Shown: positions 1 to 7,629 of the stretch, piece after piece
Numbering within the stretch: position 1 is the first letter of the stretch
How the letters are laid out: each line of letters opens with the position of its first letter
From: a virus
Lineage: Duplodnaviria > Caudoviricetes
IMG/VR virus record: IMGVR_UViG_3300025357_000014
Coordinates: 1 to 57,624 of that record
Direction: 5' to 3' (one strand)
Length of the DNA stretch: 57,624 nt
Position numbers and translations under genes: made by a program
The notes under the pieces: generated by a model
Database searches by the model: none
What the model was told of the DNA's origin: nothing
What the model saw: the letters and a program-made list of their open reading frames with translations, nothing else

Positions 1-297
1 TTCTACTTCCTTGAGGCTGGACGTAAGATTGGTGTCTACCTCTGTGACCAGCGTGCCTACGGTACAGCACTTGCCATGATCAAAGACAATGGTCGTGATG
101 CAGTACTGCCACGTTACTTGGCTACACTTAACACACTCTCAACTGAGCAAGTTGAGCAGTTCAAGACTGAAGCTCAGTCTGGTGCTAAGAAGCGTAACGC
201 AGCTCAGCAAAAGTTGTTCTTATCAGTATTCAAGAACATCAAGAGCACTATCGTAAGCCTCGTGCCTACGAAGTCAGAAGTAGAATCTACTAACTAG
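1..297 (+). CDS. hypothetical protein, 5'-partial
   Basis: Frame is open from base 1 (FYFLEAGRKIGVYLCDQRAYGTALAM...) to TAG at 295-297, so the gene starts upstream of the window. Confidence 0.75.
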   Translation, partial: FYFLEAGRKIGVYLCDQRAYGTALAMIKDNGRDAVLPRYLATLNTLSTEQVEQFKTEAQSGAKKRNAAQQKLFLSVFKNIKSTIVSLVPTKSEVESTN

Positions 298-307
298 TAG
301 ATAAGCA

Positions 308-338
308 TTACATCCTGGGTATGATGTAAAACTGCCCA
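308..338 (+). ncRNA. H-type pseudoknot motif, copy 1
   Basis: Stem TTACATC/GATGTAA with loop CTGGGTAT; loop TGGGTA pairs with downstream TGCCCA. Same architecture at 6793 and 8308 with compensatory stem changes. Confidence 0.75.
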
Positions 339-430
339 CCCACACATCATAGATTTTGTATGTACCCTTCAATGGAACTGTGTGGGGCCATGCTGTGAAG
401 CATTAATTAACCCAAAAGAAAGGAATTATC

Positions 431-703
431 ATGTCAATAGATGAGGCATTCAATGTATTCATAGAAGAGTACAAAGGTATTGAATGTAAGCAACAATTCG
501 TTCTCGGCCCAGTCTTCAAAAATTGGGAGGGAACTATTGAATGGGCTAATAATCTCTATGGTACTACTAATAGTGATTGGATAGTAATGACTGAGGGAGA
601 TAATAATGTTCCCCGCACTACAGGATTAACTGCGACTAAAAGGCGTAAGTTATCTTCTAAGACAGTACGCATTATTATTCAGCCCATGTTTGCAATAGCT
701 TAG
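431..703 (+). CDS. hypothetical protein
   Basis: 90-aa ORF with an AACCCAAAAGAAAGGA leader/SD. Confidence 0.7.
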   Translation: MSIDEAFNVFIEEYKGIECKQQFVLGPVFKNWEGTIEWANNLYGTTNSDWIVMTEGDNNVPRTTGLTATKRRKLSSKTVRIIIQPMFAIA

Positions 704-783
704 GCTTGCTTAGATGCTTATAACTTAGGCTTGTATACGCTAAGCTAAATGCTTTATGTGGAACATATACGAACACTTGTTAG

Positions 784-799
784 TGTTCCACGTGGAACA
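784..799. promoter_or_regulatory. parS-type 16-bp palindrome TGTTCCACGTGGAACA
   Basis: Perfect palindrome matching the bacterial chromosomal parS consensus TGTTNCACGTGNAACA; an extra half-site GTGGAACA lies at ~758-765. Confidence 0.6.
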
Positions 800-819
800 T
801 ATGTATCGATTCGATATAT

Positions 820-863
820 GCCCCTCATGTATAATCATATAGGTTATATGTGGGGGGCTTTAT
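820..863 (+). terminator. long G-U-containing hairpin followed by TTTAT (possible terminator or structured RNA)
   Basis: GCCCCTCATGTATAATC pairs with GGTTATATGTGGGGGGC; short U tail only. Confidence 0.35.
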
Positions 864-958
864 CATAGCCTAAAAAAACTTGCATGTGTTTAGACACACG
901 CATTGCACTCTGTTTTCAGATATATCTGAATTCATATGGTAACTCTAATTTGTATACA

Positions 959-1076
959 TAGTAGGTTGCAATGGCATCCGTACTTATTCACCTTGATGAT
1001 GGTATATACGTCTAACTCTTACCCCCCGGTAAAGACGTATGTATCGAGTGAGTACGGGTGTCATTGGGACATACTA
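959..1076 (+). ncRNA. long rod-like RNA stem-loop
   Basis: 969-989 pairs with 1046-1066 (21 bp, 4 G-U) and 1001-1013 with 1033-1045 (13 bp, 2 G-U); capped by TTACC-CCCC-GGTAA. Confidence 0.65.
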
Positions 1077-1134
1077 TAGACGTGAGTCTAGAGATGTCTT
1101 CATTACCCAAAGTAAGAAAGAAAGTAGGTTAAGT

Positions 1135-1542
1135 ATGCCGAGCGTACTTCAGTTAGATAGATGCTGTTGGAACTATCATTTGCAGGTTAGTGATTATGAG
1201 GGGCTCCCGCCGATGGCTAAGGAGTTAACTCATGTACACATTCACCTTGCATCTGTGGAATACTTTGATGTGGTGGCTATTGCTACCATACAGAGTAACT
1301 TCAATGGTTTGTGGGATTTGCTTACAACGAATCCCCGCGCCAATGAGGCCTCAGCATCTGAGTTATTGAGTCAGTTGAAGAGTAACATTCGTGCTAGCTA
1401 TCGCCAGGAGTTTAAGTCTGGTTTGCTAGTGCCTGTGCATAACTGTTCTCCCCGCCGCGTCCAGAATTCATTCGAGCACATCATGTTCAATCAGGGTGTT
1501 GTTTTGTATGATCCTGAGCGTGACGGCGTACCTCAGTTCTAG
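1135..1542 (+). CDS. hypothetical protein
   Basis: Track start 1039 lies inside the RNA rod; ATG 1135 follows an ACCCAAAGTAAGAAAGAAAGTAGG leader. Confidence 0.65.
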   Translation: MPSVLQLDRCCWNYHLQVSDYEGLPPMAKELTHVHIHLASVEYFDVVAIATIQSNFNGLWDLLTTNPRANEASASELLSQLKSNIRASYRQEFKSGLLVPVHNCSPRRVQNSFEHIMFNQGVVLYDPERDGVPQF

Positions 1543-1550
1543 GATATCTA

Positions 1551-1853
1551 ATGGCTAATACTATTAAATGTACTATGTGCTGGAAAGAGACTCCATTACA
1601 GTTCCCCGACATTGATGGGGCTGAGTCTCAGGTAGAGAATGGTGTTCAGCTCATATTCCAAGTAGGATATGGTATGTTCACTGATGTTGACTTTGGTAGC
1701 GAATGGTCTTCGCCCGAGGCTATCCTTTGTCATGACTGTGTGATTAAAGTCTTGGATTTATTCCCTGAACCATTCAGGAAACGATTCCAAGATGGTCACG
1801 CTGTTGGTACAAAGGGTTGTGATGGGTGCAGCTATTCGTTTCAGATAGACTGA
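1551..1853 (+). CDS. hypothetical Cys-rich (probable Zn-binding) protein
   Basis: CTMC, CHDC and CDGC motifs; AGGA SD. Confidence 0.7.
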   Translation: MANTIKCTMCWKETPLQFPDIDGAESQVENGVQLIFQVGYGMFTDVDFGSEWSSPEAILCHDCVIKVLDLFPEPFRKRFQDGHAVGTKGCDGCSYSFQID

Positions 1854-1910
1854 TTGTTGCACAGTCCTCACCTCGATCATTAAGGTGGGGACGATGGGAT
1901 GATCAGTCCC

Positions 1911-1937
1911 CCACTAGGGATGGTGGTTAAACTATCC
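1911..1937 (+). ncRNA. divergent H-type pseudoknot copy
   Basis: CCAC-TAGGGATG-GTGG-TTAAAC-TATCC: 8-nt loop and TAAAC linker as in the other copies; preceded by a 10-bp hairpin at 1864-1892. Confidence 0.4.
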
Positions 1938-1970
1938 ATGCAGTACAACCCAAAGTAGGAGGTTAGGTAC

Positions 1971-2579
1971 ATGAGTACACTGCGTAAGCTGTGTAGTTGT
2001 GTAGTTCTTGCTGCTACGGCGAGTACGGTACCACAAGCGAGTGCAATTGTGAATCCTGGGCAACCCCAGGTGGAACCAATTACACGTGCTGTTGCTCCCA
2101 CTGATGTGTTGTTTAGTACGGAGGTTATATCTCCCACTATTCTGACATCATACAGTGATAGCCAGCCGCTTGCAGTACCTACAAAGCCATGGTTCAGGTT
2201 TACACCTAGGTATTTACCTGGTGAGAACCCTGAGCTGCAGCAATGGGACACAACAGACACAGATGCAACAGCAACATGGCCTGATGCTGCTGATCCAGTA
2301 CGGCAATTGCCGATGGCGATTCAAGTGAAGTTTGCTTGCATTCGTTATCACGAGAGCCGCAATCACCTACACTCGGTTAACATAACGAGTGGTGCTGGTG
2401 GTTGGTATCAGTTCACCCCGTACATCTGGGGGTATGCAGTAGCACAACTACCTGGATTGCCTGCATCAATTGCGCAAGCAACTGGTGCTCAGCAGTCTGA
2501 AGTAGCTGTGTTTTACTACAAACGTAATGGTAGTCTTTACCCTGAATGGGGTGGGGACGCTGGCGTTTGTAACTTGTAG
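1971..2579 (+). CDS. secreted Rpf-like lytic transglycosylase
   Basis: N-terminal signal peptide; C-terminal CIRYHESRN...GAGGWYQFTPYIW...ATGAQQSEVA...W...C matches the resuscitation-promoting-factor domain with its catalytic Glu (ES motif). Confidence 0.8.
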   Translation: MSTLRKLCSCVVLAATASTVPQASAIVNPGQPQVEPITRAVAPTDVLFSTEVISPTILTSYSDSQPLAVPTKPWFRFTPRYLPGENPELQQWDTTDTDATATWPDAADPVRQLPMAIQVKFACIRYHESRNHLHSVNITSGAGGWYQFTPYIWGYAVAQLPGLPASIAQATGAQQSEVAVFYYKRNGSLYPEWGGDAGVCNL

Positions 2580-2581
2580 TA

Positions 2582-2612
2582 AATGGTATGGGTTCCACCA
2601 TTAACGGGCCCA
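2582..2612 (+). ncRNA. H-type pseudoknot motif, variant copy
   Basis: Stem AATGGT/ACCATT; loop TGGGTTC pairs with downstream GGGCCCA. Confidence 0.6.
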
Positions 2613-2638
2613 CTTACCCAAACAAGAAAGGCAGTAAA

Positions 2639-3070
2639 ATGACAAGTAAGAAAATGAGTGAGATGATTCAAGATACTCTCGAGTTAATCGATAGCATTCT
2701 TAATCGTCCTGCTACTAGGAGTCAGGTACTTTCAGTGATCAAGCACATTGAATCACTAGAATCTAAGTCTGAATCTAAAGCAGCAGTAGCCACTGAGACT
2801 AGGATAGTTAAGCCTAAGCCTAAAAAGCAACGGTCTTACATATCTTGGCGTGACCACACCTTTGAAGGTTGGTTTACCAATGTCTTGGATGGCAATGCAC
2901 ATCTTATCACGTACACTGAGATGACTAACTTAGTACCAGAATGGCGTAAGATTAACCGTTCTAGTATGCGTAACCGATTCCGTACGGAAGCCGAACGTCG
3001 TGGTTACAAATCAGTGACTGTTAGGTTTGACAACGAAGAGAAAATGATTTTCGTTCAAGCTTTAATGTAA
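2639..3070 (+). CDS. hypothetical basic protein, possibly DNA-binding
   Basis: Start moved to ATG 2639 after ACCCAAACAAGAAAGGCAGTAAA; K/R-rich. Confidence 0.7.
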   Translation: MTSKKMSEMIQDTLELIDSILNRPATRSQVLSVIKHIESLESKSESKAAVATETRIVKPKPKKQRSYISWRDHTFEGWFTNVLDGNAHLITYTEMTNLVPEWRKINRSSMRNRFRTEAERRGYKSVTVRFDNEEKMIFVQALM

Positions 3071-3084
3071 CCTAGTTTAACTAG

Positions 3085-3144
3085 GTGGAGTAAGTGGTAT
3101 CACAGATGGGAATCTGGGAGGGGTTCAACTCCCCATACTCCACG
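3085..3144 (+). ncRNA. tRNA-like element 1 (no anticodon loop)
   Basis: Acceptor-like GTGGAGTA/TACTCCAC, D-loop-like AGTGGTA, CAGAT-GGGA-ATCTG hairpin in place of the anticodon arm, T arm GGGG-TTCAACT-CCCC. Confidence 0.6.
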
Positions 3145-3249
3145 ATGGTATCTTACACATACCAGGCAGTAACAGGATGCGGGTGGACGCAGCCCTGACA
3201 CAATACAGAAACCACATACCTAAAACAAGAAGAAAGTAAGGAAAAGATT

Positions 3250-4005
3250 ATGAGTGAAGCAACCTACGAAGGCATGCCTATCCCACAGTGCTACATTGAC
3301 ATTCAAGATGCTTTGGAGTCTGGTACAGATCGTATCATTCTCTACGGTCGTCCTGGTACTGGTAAGACTTACTCCGGCCTCACAGCTGGTGTGTCTGATC
3401 CAAGTCAGTCTGAGCGTCTAGTATGTACTGAGGACATGACATCAGCCGACGTTTCAGGTGCATTCATGCCTAACGTAAGCGGTGGGTTTGAGTTCCTACC
3501 TGGTGCAGCTTTGCGTGCTTGGACCAACGGTACTCGTTTAGTTATTGACGAGATCGATAAAGCTGGCGGTGACGTATTCGCCCAGCTCCTAGCATTCACT
3601 GACACCGTAGACTCAGCATCATTTACACGACCAGACAATGGGGAAGTAGTTCGTCCTAAGCCTGGTTTCTCTGTTGTGATGACCTCTAACATTGAGGATC
3701 CACGTGACCTGCCTACTGCACTTAAGGACCGGTTCCCGTTTGCAATCGAAGTCAATGCAGCACACCCTGCTGCCTTGGTTAAGTTGCCACCACAGCTTCG
3801 TCTGTTGGCTGCAACTATGATTGCTGCAGAGCCTGGTCAACGTGCTAGTTTGCGTGCGTTCTATGAGTTCAATCGTCTACTATCTGGTGGTCGGTTCTCT
3901 CTTGAGCGTGCAGCTAACCTGATCTTCGGACCAGTGTTAGCAACGCAGATCATACGCTGCATGTCTGTTGGCACATTGGAGCCTGAATTCACACTCACGG
4001 TGTAA
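3250..4005 (+). CDS. MoxR/CbbQ-type AAA+ ATPase
   Basis: Walker A GRPGTGKT, Walker B LVIDEID, sensor TSN, arginine finger ALKDRF. Confidence 0.88.
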   Translation: MSEATYEGMPIPQCYIDIQDALESGTDRIILYGRPGTGKTYSGLTAGVSDPSQSERLVCTEDMTSADVSGAFMPNVSGGFEFLPGAALRAWTNGTRLVIDEIDKAGGDVFAQLLAFTDTVDSASFTRPDNGEVVRPKPGFSVVMTSNIEDPRDLPTALKDRFPFAIEVNAAHPAALVKLPPQLRLLAATMIAAEPGQRASLRAFYEFNRLLSGGRFSLERAANLIFGPVLATQIIRCMSVGTLEPEFTLTV

Positions 4006-4008
4006 ATC

Positions 4009-5493
4009 ATGAGTGACGAACTAATGGATCCAATTATTCCACTAGCTGATGTTGTGTCTGCATTTCGTGATGACATAACTACAACAACTAAGTGGCAAGT
4101 GCAAGCAACAGCAGGTGAGTTCGGTGCTGGTGTTGACTTTGCTGCTGGGATTCTAGCTGTCCCCCTCTCGGGTGACAGTTATTCTCAGCAAGTACAGTTA
4201 CGCAAGCTAGTTGAACTACGTTGTTCTCCTACTGATCCAGCTTTATACAAACAAGTAGCTACCTTTTATCAGGAACAAGGTATCACTGAGAGTGTTCTCC
4301 GTGCTGCCGAAGCTGCTCGTATCTCAGCTATCACTGAGAAGTTTGCTGTACAGTTTGGTTTGAAATCAGAACCAGATGGATCAGAGAAGAATCGTGGCAA
4401 GAATCTAGCATCTGCTAAGTCTGCTGCTGCATGGGACCAGGCTGTTGAGTTCACACTTAGACATCATGGTACGAAAGCCTTTGACTCGTTCGCGAGTGGT
4501 GTTCGTGCCGTTAATCCTGAGTGGAGCAAGTCATTGCGTGCTCTCAACAAGCGACTCACTAGTACACTAGCTGGTTCAGCACGTGGTCTCGGTGACACTA
4601 GTCCAATGCAATTTGGCCATGGTGTTACTGGGCCTGCTGGTTTTGCCAACTCTGTGTATGCTGCTAGTGTTGTACGTGACTACTTGTCAGATGGATATAA
4701 AGCTCCTGATGACATGCGAAGAATGCGTCAAGCACTAGAAGAGAAGCGTGCTGAAAACTATGGTGATGTTGATCCTAAAGATTTATCTGAGCGAGGTAAA
4801 TTAACTCCGCAAGAGATGAGTGTTGACGACGATATTCCTGATGGTTTTGAGTTTAGTGACGACTCTGACTTTGGTAAGCTACGTGTTTGTGACACGTTGC
4901 CACTAACAGTTGAGGTTCCAGGTTACATGCATCGTAAACGTAAAGCAATGACATCTGGTCGTCGCATTGCGTATCCATCTCGTATGCTTACTGACCCACA
5001 ACGTCGTGTGTTCGGCACTAAGGTTCGTGTTAAGGGTGGTATCGTAGTCATTGACATCTCAGGTTCTATGAGTCTGAGTCAAGATGACATCGAAGCCATC
5101 GTTAACAACGCACCTGCTGCTGTTATCATTGCGTACAGTGACTGTGGCGATGACCCTGAGCCTAACGCTTGGGTCTTAGCTAATCGTGGCTGGCGTGTTA
5201 GGGAAGTAGGTAACATCGGTGGTCATAACAATGGTGTTGACGGACCAGCTCTTACATGGGCTATTCGTCATCGTCATCGTAATGAGGAAATCATCTGGGT
5301 CACTGACGGTCACGTTACTGGCATCAAAGGTGGTTCCAATGCACAACTAGCTGTTGAGTGTGCTAAGTTAGTTAAGAAACACAAAATCATTATGATTCCT
5401 AGTGTTGAAGAGGCTGTTAAGCAGTTCAAATCTGGTAGGTTTATTAATAAACCTCACGGTTATGTACGCGAAGCCTTGCTTGGCAAACTTTAA
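4009..5493 (+). CDS. vWA-domain protein, partner of the AAA+ ATPase
   Basis: MIDAS motif IDISGSMS and downstream VTDG; adjacent to the MoxR-like ATPase. Confidence 0.82.
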   Translation: MSDELMDPIIPLADVVSAFRDDITTTTKWQVQATAGEFGAGVDFAAGILAVPLSGDSYSQQVQLRKLVELRCSPTDPALYKQVATFYQEQGITESVLRAAEAARISAITEKFAVQFGLKSEPDGSEKNRGKNLASAKSAAAWDQAVEFTLRHHGTKAFDSFASGVRAVNPEWSKSLRALNKRLTSTLAGSARGLGDTSPMQFGHGVTGPAGFANSVYAASVVRDYLSDGYKAPDDMRRMRQALEEKRAENYGDVDPKDLSERGKLTPQEMSVDDDIPDGFEFSDDSDFGKLRVCDTLPLTVEVPGYMHRKRKAMTSGRRIAYPSRMLTDPQRRVFGTKVRVKGGIVVIDISGSMSLSQDDIEAIVNNAPAAVIIAYSDCGDDPEPNAWVLANRGWRVREVGNIGGHNNGVDGPALTWAIRHRHRNEEIIWVTDGHVTGIKGGSNAQLAVECAKLVKKHKIIMIPSVEEAVKQFKSGRFINKPHGYVREALLGKL

Positions 5494-5503
5494 TCACGTG
5501 TTT

Positions 5504-5598
5504 GTTGGTATCTTATAAACCAACAACTGGGGTGTCTATCAAGCGACACCTCAGTACCATGCATTACATTGTAATGCAGTGTATCCAAATGGATACTG
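5504..5598 (+). other. chain of four intergenic hairpins
   Basis: GTTGGT/ACCAAC, ACTGGGGTGTC/GACACCTCAGT, TGCATTAC/GTAATGCA and GTATCCA/TGGATAC. Confidence 0.5.
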
Positions 5599-5622
5599 TA
5601 ACCAAAATAACAAGGAGTAAGT

Positions 5623-6033
5623 ATGTCAGAAGAAGAGTTCAACTTCGGTGATCTCGATCTACAATTGGATGAGAGTACTCAAGCGCGTATTGCACACGCT
5701 GAGTTTCTTGAATCAATTAAAGATTGGGGTTCTACCATGGGATTGATTGCTGTTCCATTCACTCACATGGCTCAGGCTGTTGCTATTGCTGAGGAAGATG
5801 ATACATCAGAAGATGAAAAGCACAAGTTATACAAACGTGTTGCAACTGCAATGCCAACTGGTGTTGCTATTGTTGTTGAGCATATCAATGAGTTGTATAC
5901 TATGTTGCAAGTGGAAGCCGTAAAAATACTCGGTGAACCATTCATGTTCCATGATAGTCATCACCCACATTGTGATGGTACCCGTGAAAACTGCGGTCAC
6001 CAAGATCACTACAAATCCGATACCAATGAGTAA
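5623..6033 (+). CDS. hypothetical acidic protein with His/Cys-rich C-terminus
   Basis: 136-aa ORF, AAGGAG SD, HDSHHPHC...CGHQDH tail. Confidence 0.75.
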   Translation: MSEEEFNFGDLDLQLDESTQARIAHAEFLESIKDWGSTMGLIAVPFTHMAQAVAIAEEDDTSEDEKHKLYKRVATAMPTGVAIVVEHINELYTMLQVEAVKILGEPFMFHDSHHPHCDGTRENCGHQDHYKSDTNE

Positions 6034-6046
6034 GGAAGGAGGAACC

Positions 6047-6205
6047 ATGGAAGAAACACTCAACCGATTGAAAGCAGAGACTCAGCAGATGAGAGAGATG
6101 GTAGCACAATCAACCACTCTTGAAACTGCTCAGGCTATGGCAATACGCATGATCAACCTAGTTGATACAGTTGTGGAATTGCTAGTTAAGCAATCAGTTA
6201 AGTAG
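6047..6205 (+). CDS. small helical hypothetical protein
   Basis: ATG 6047 follows AAGGAGG; MEETLNRLKAETQQMREM... Confidence 0.65.
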   Translation: MEETLNRLKAETQQMREMVAQSTTLETAQAMAIRMINLVDTVVELLVKQSVK

Positions 6206-6792
6206 TTGAGGACAAGAACGTTAAGGCTCTACTAATCTATTAAGTTAGGTTATGTTAGAGTGCTTTTCCTTCTTGTTGTTGCATCTACATAAGCCTATCT
6301 AAACAAGTTAGTGGGCCTTATCTATCCATAGCAGCTTGCAACCTGCTGTGGCGTTAGAACACCACGCGAGTGTGTTCAACCTACATGATTTGTCATGAGT
6401 CATGTAGGTTCTGTTGTGGTACTACCAGTTAATCGCCTTGCCAGTGTGCGCTTTGATAGGCACGAGAGCCACGCAATGATACTTGTACGCCACACACTCA
6501 GCCTGAAGGGAAGTTCAGGTAGGAAGCGCATCCTTAACAGCACTATGAGGTCTAGGCCACTGACCCAAAAAACGTGGCAAGCCTATGCATGCTGTCATGG
6601 TGTGCATAGGCACTCAGCCTAACTTATGTACTGACTACGTCTATGAGATAAGTTAGATGACTCATCATGTGGGGAAGCACATGGAGGTCAGCCTAAACCT
6701 TAATTAGCGACCTGTTGGTGGTGTAGGTGAGCCAACGACCTGAGTGGTGTGAAGGTAACCACTAGCCTTGTGAGTGAGCTTTTGTAACTCTC
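6206..6792 (+). ncRNA. candidate large multidomain structured ncRNA (~590 nt)
   Basis: No credible ORF; more than 10 helices, nested multibranch closure (6307-6321 with 6545-6564), GNRA loop, two GGGAAG loops and long-range pairing 6437-6443/6575-6581. Confidence 0.7.
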
Positions 6793-6820
6793 TGTCCTGG
6801 GTATGACATTAAAGTGCCCA
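6793..6820 (+). ncRNA. H-type pseudoknot motif, copy 2
   Basis: TGTC-CTGGGTAT-GACA-TTAAAG-TGCCCA. Confidence 0.75.
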
Positions 6821-6855
6821 CTTAAACATTACCCAAATAGAAAGGCAGTAAGATT

Positions 6856-7143
6856 ATGCGTATAGAAGGAAGACACAACGATGATAAGACTGAGATTCAA
6901 ATCATTGTTAAAATAGAGGGTGAAGGAGAATTTGAAGCCTTTACTCATTTCTTTCAAGAAATGATTCAGAACATGGCTAGTGCTGCGGATGCTCTTCTCA
7001 TTGATCCAATCAATGAAAAAGTATACAAAGGCGAAGACGTGACTGATGAAATGGTTCTGGATGCAATGAAAGATTTTGCTATTCAGAAAGCAACTGAAGC
7101 CAACCGTGATTCGGATCCAAGTATGCGTATCAATTTCATCTAA
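6856..7143 (+). CDS. hypothetical protein
   Basis: 95-aa ORF with an ACCCAAATAGAAAGGCAGTAAG leader. Confidence 0.75.
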   Translation: MRIEGRHNDDKTEIQIIVKIEGEGEFEAFTHFFQEMIQNMASAADALLIDPINEKVYKGEDVTDEMVLDAMKDFAIQKATEANRDSDPSMRINFI

Positions 7144-7156
7144 AGAAAGGAATAAC

Positions 7157-7540
7157 ATGTCAAGAAGAATATCATGGCGTAAATCGCCTGATGCTGATAT
7201 CTGGCGTGCTAAAGTTCCACAACATTACAAAGTTGAATGTAGACTTGTAATACATGCTGGTGTAGTTAACAGTTCAGTAATGAATAAGAATGCTAGACTA
7301 GAAGTACAAGTACCAACAACAGGTAGGAATTATAAAACCGTAATAATTGTAGAATTTTATAGCAGTTGGTGGGCCAAAGAGTATGTAGATTCTTTACTTC
7401 AAGTAATGTATTTTTATGATTTTGATAGTAAGGATCATGCATTTCAATGGTTCATTGATATTTTAAGTAAAGTACAAAAAATAGATCAACCTGAAACATC
7501 AGAAGGTAGTTGGACTAGTCTAACTGGTTGGTCTAGATAA
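7157..7540 (+). CDS. hypothetical protein
   Basis: Start moved to ATG 7157 after GAAAGGA (MSRRISWRK...). Confidence 0.7.
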   Translation: MSRRISWRKSPDADIWRAKVPQHYKVECRLVIHAGVVNSSVMNKNARLEVQVPTTGRNYKTVIIVEFYSSWWAKEYVDSLLQVMYFYDFDSKDHAFQWFIDILSKVQKIDQPETSEGSWTSLTGWSR

Positions 7541-7546
7541 TAAAAA

Positions 7547-7604
7547 CAGAAAGCCCGGGAGGGCTCTTGGTGGAGTTGACCGTCCCCAACTGATGAAGAG
7601 GTCA
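7547..7604 (+). ncRNA. type II hammerhead ribozyme (predicted cleavage after C7566)
   Basis: GAAA 7549-7552; stem III GCCC-GGGA-GGGC; CUC cleavage triplet; stem I TTGG(T)GGA/TCCCCAA; CTGATGA 7590-7596; loop I TGACC pairs with 3' GGTCA. Stem II is vestigial. Confidence 0.7.
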
Positions 7605-7629
7605 TAACCAAAAGTAAGAAAGGAAACAT

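Noticed and set aside
6395-6622. 75-aa + strand ORF in the track
   Set aside because: No SD or AC-rich leader unlike neighbouring genes, atypical composition, and it lies inside dense RNA helices; better explained as ncRNA.
6206-6792. tmRNA, RNase P RNA, or group I/II intron
   Set aside because: No tRNA-like ends or tag ORF, no GAGGAAAGUCC-type P4 motif, no domain V or P7 signature, and no interrupted host gene.
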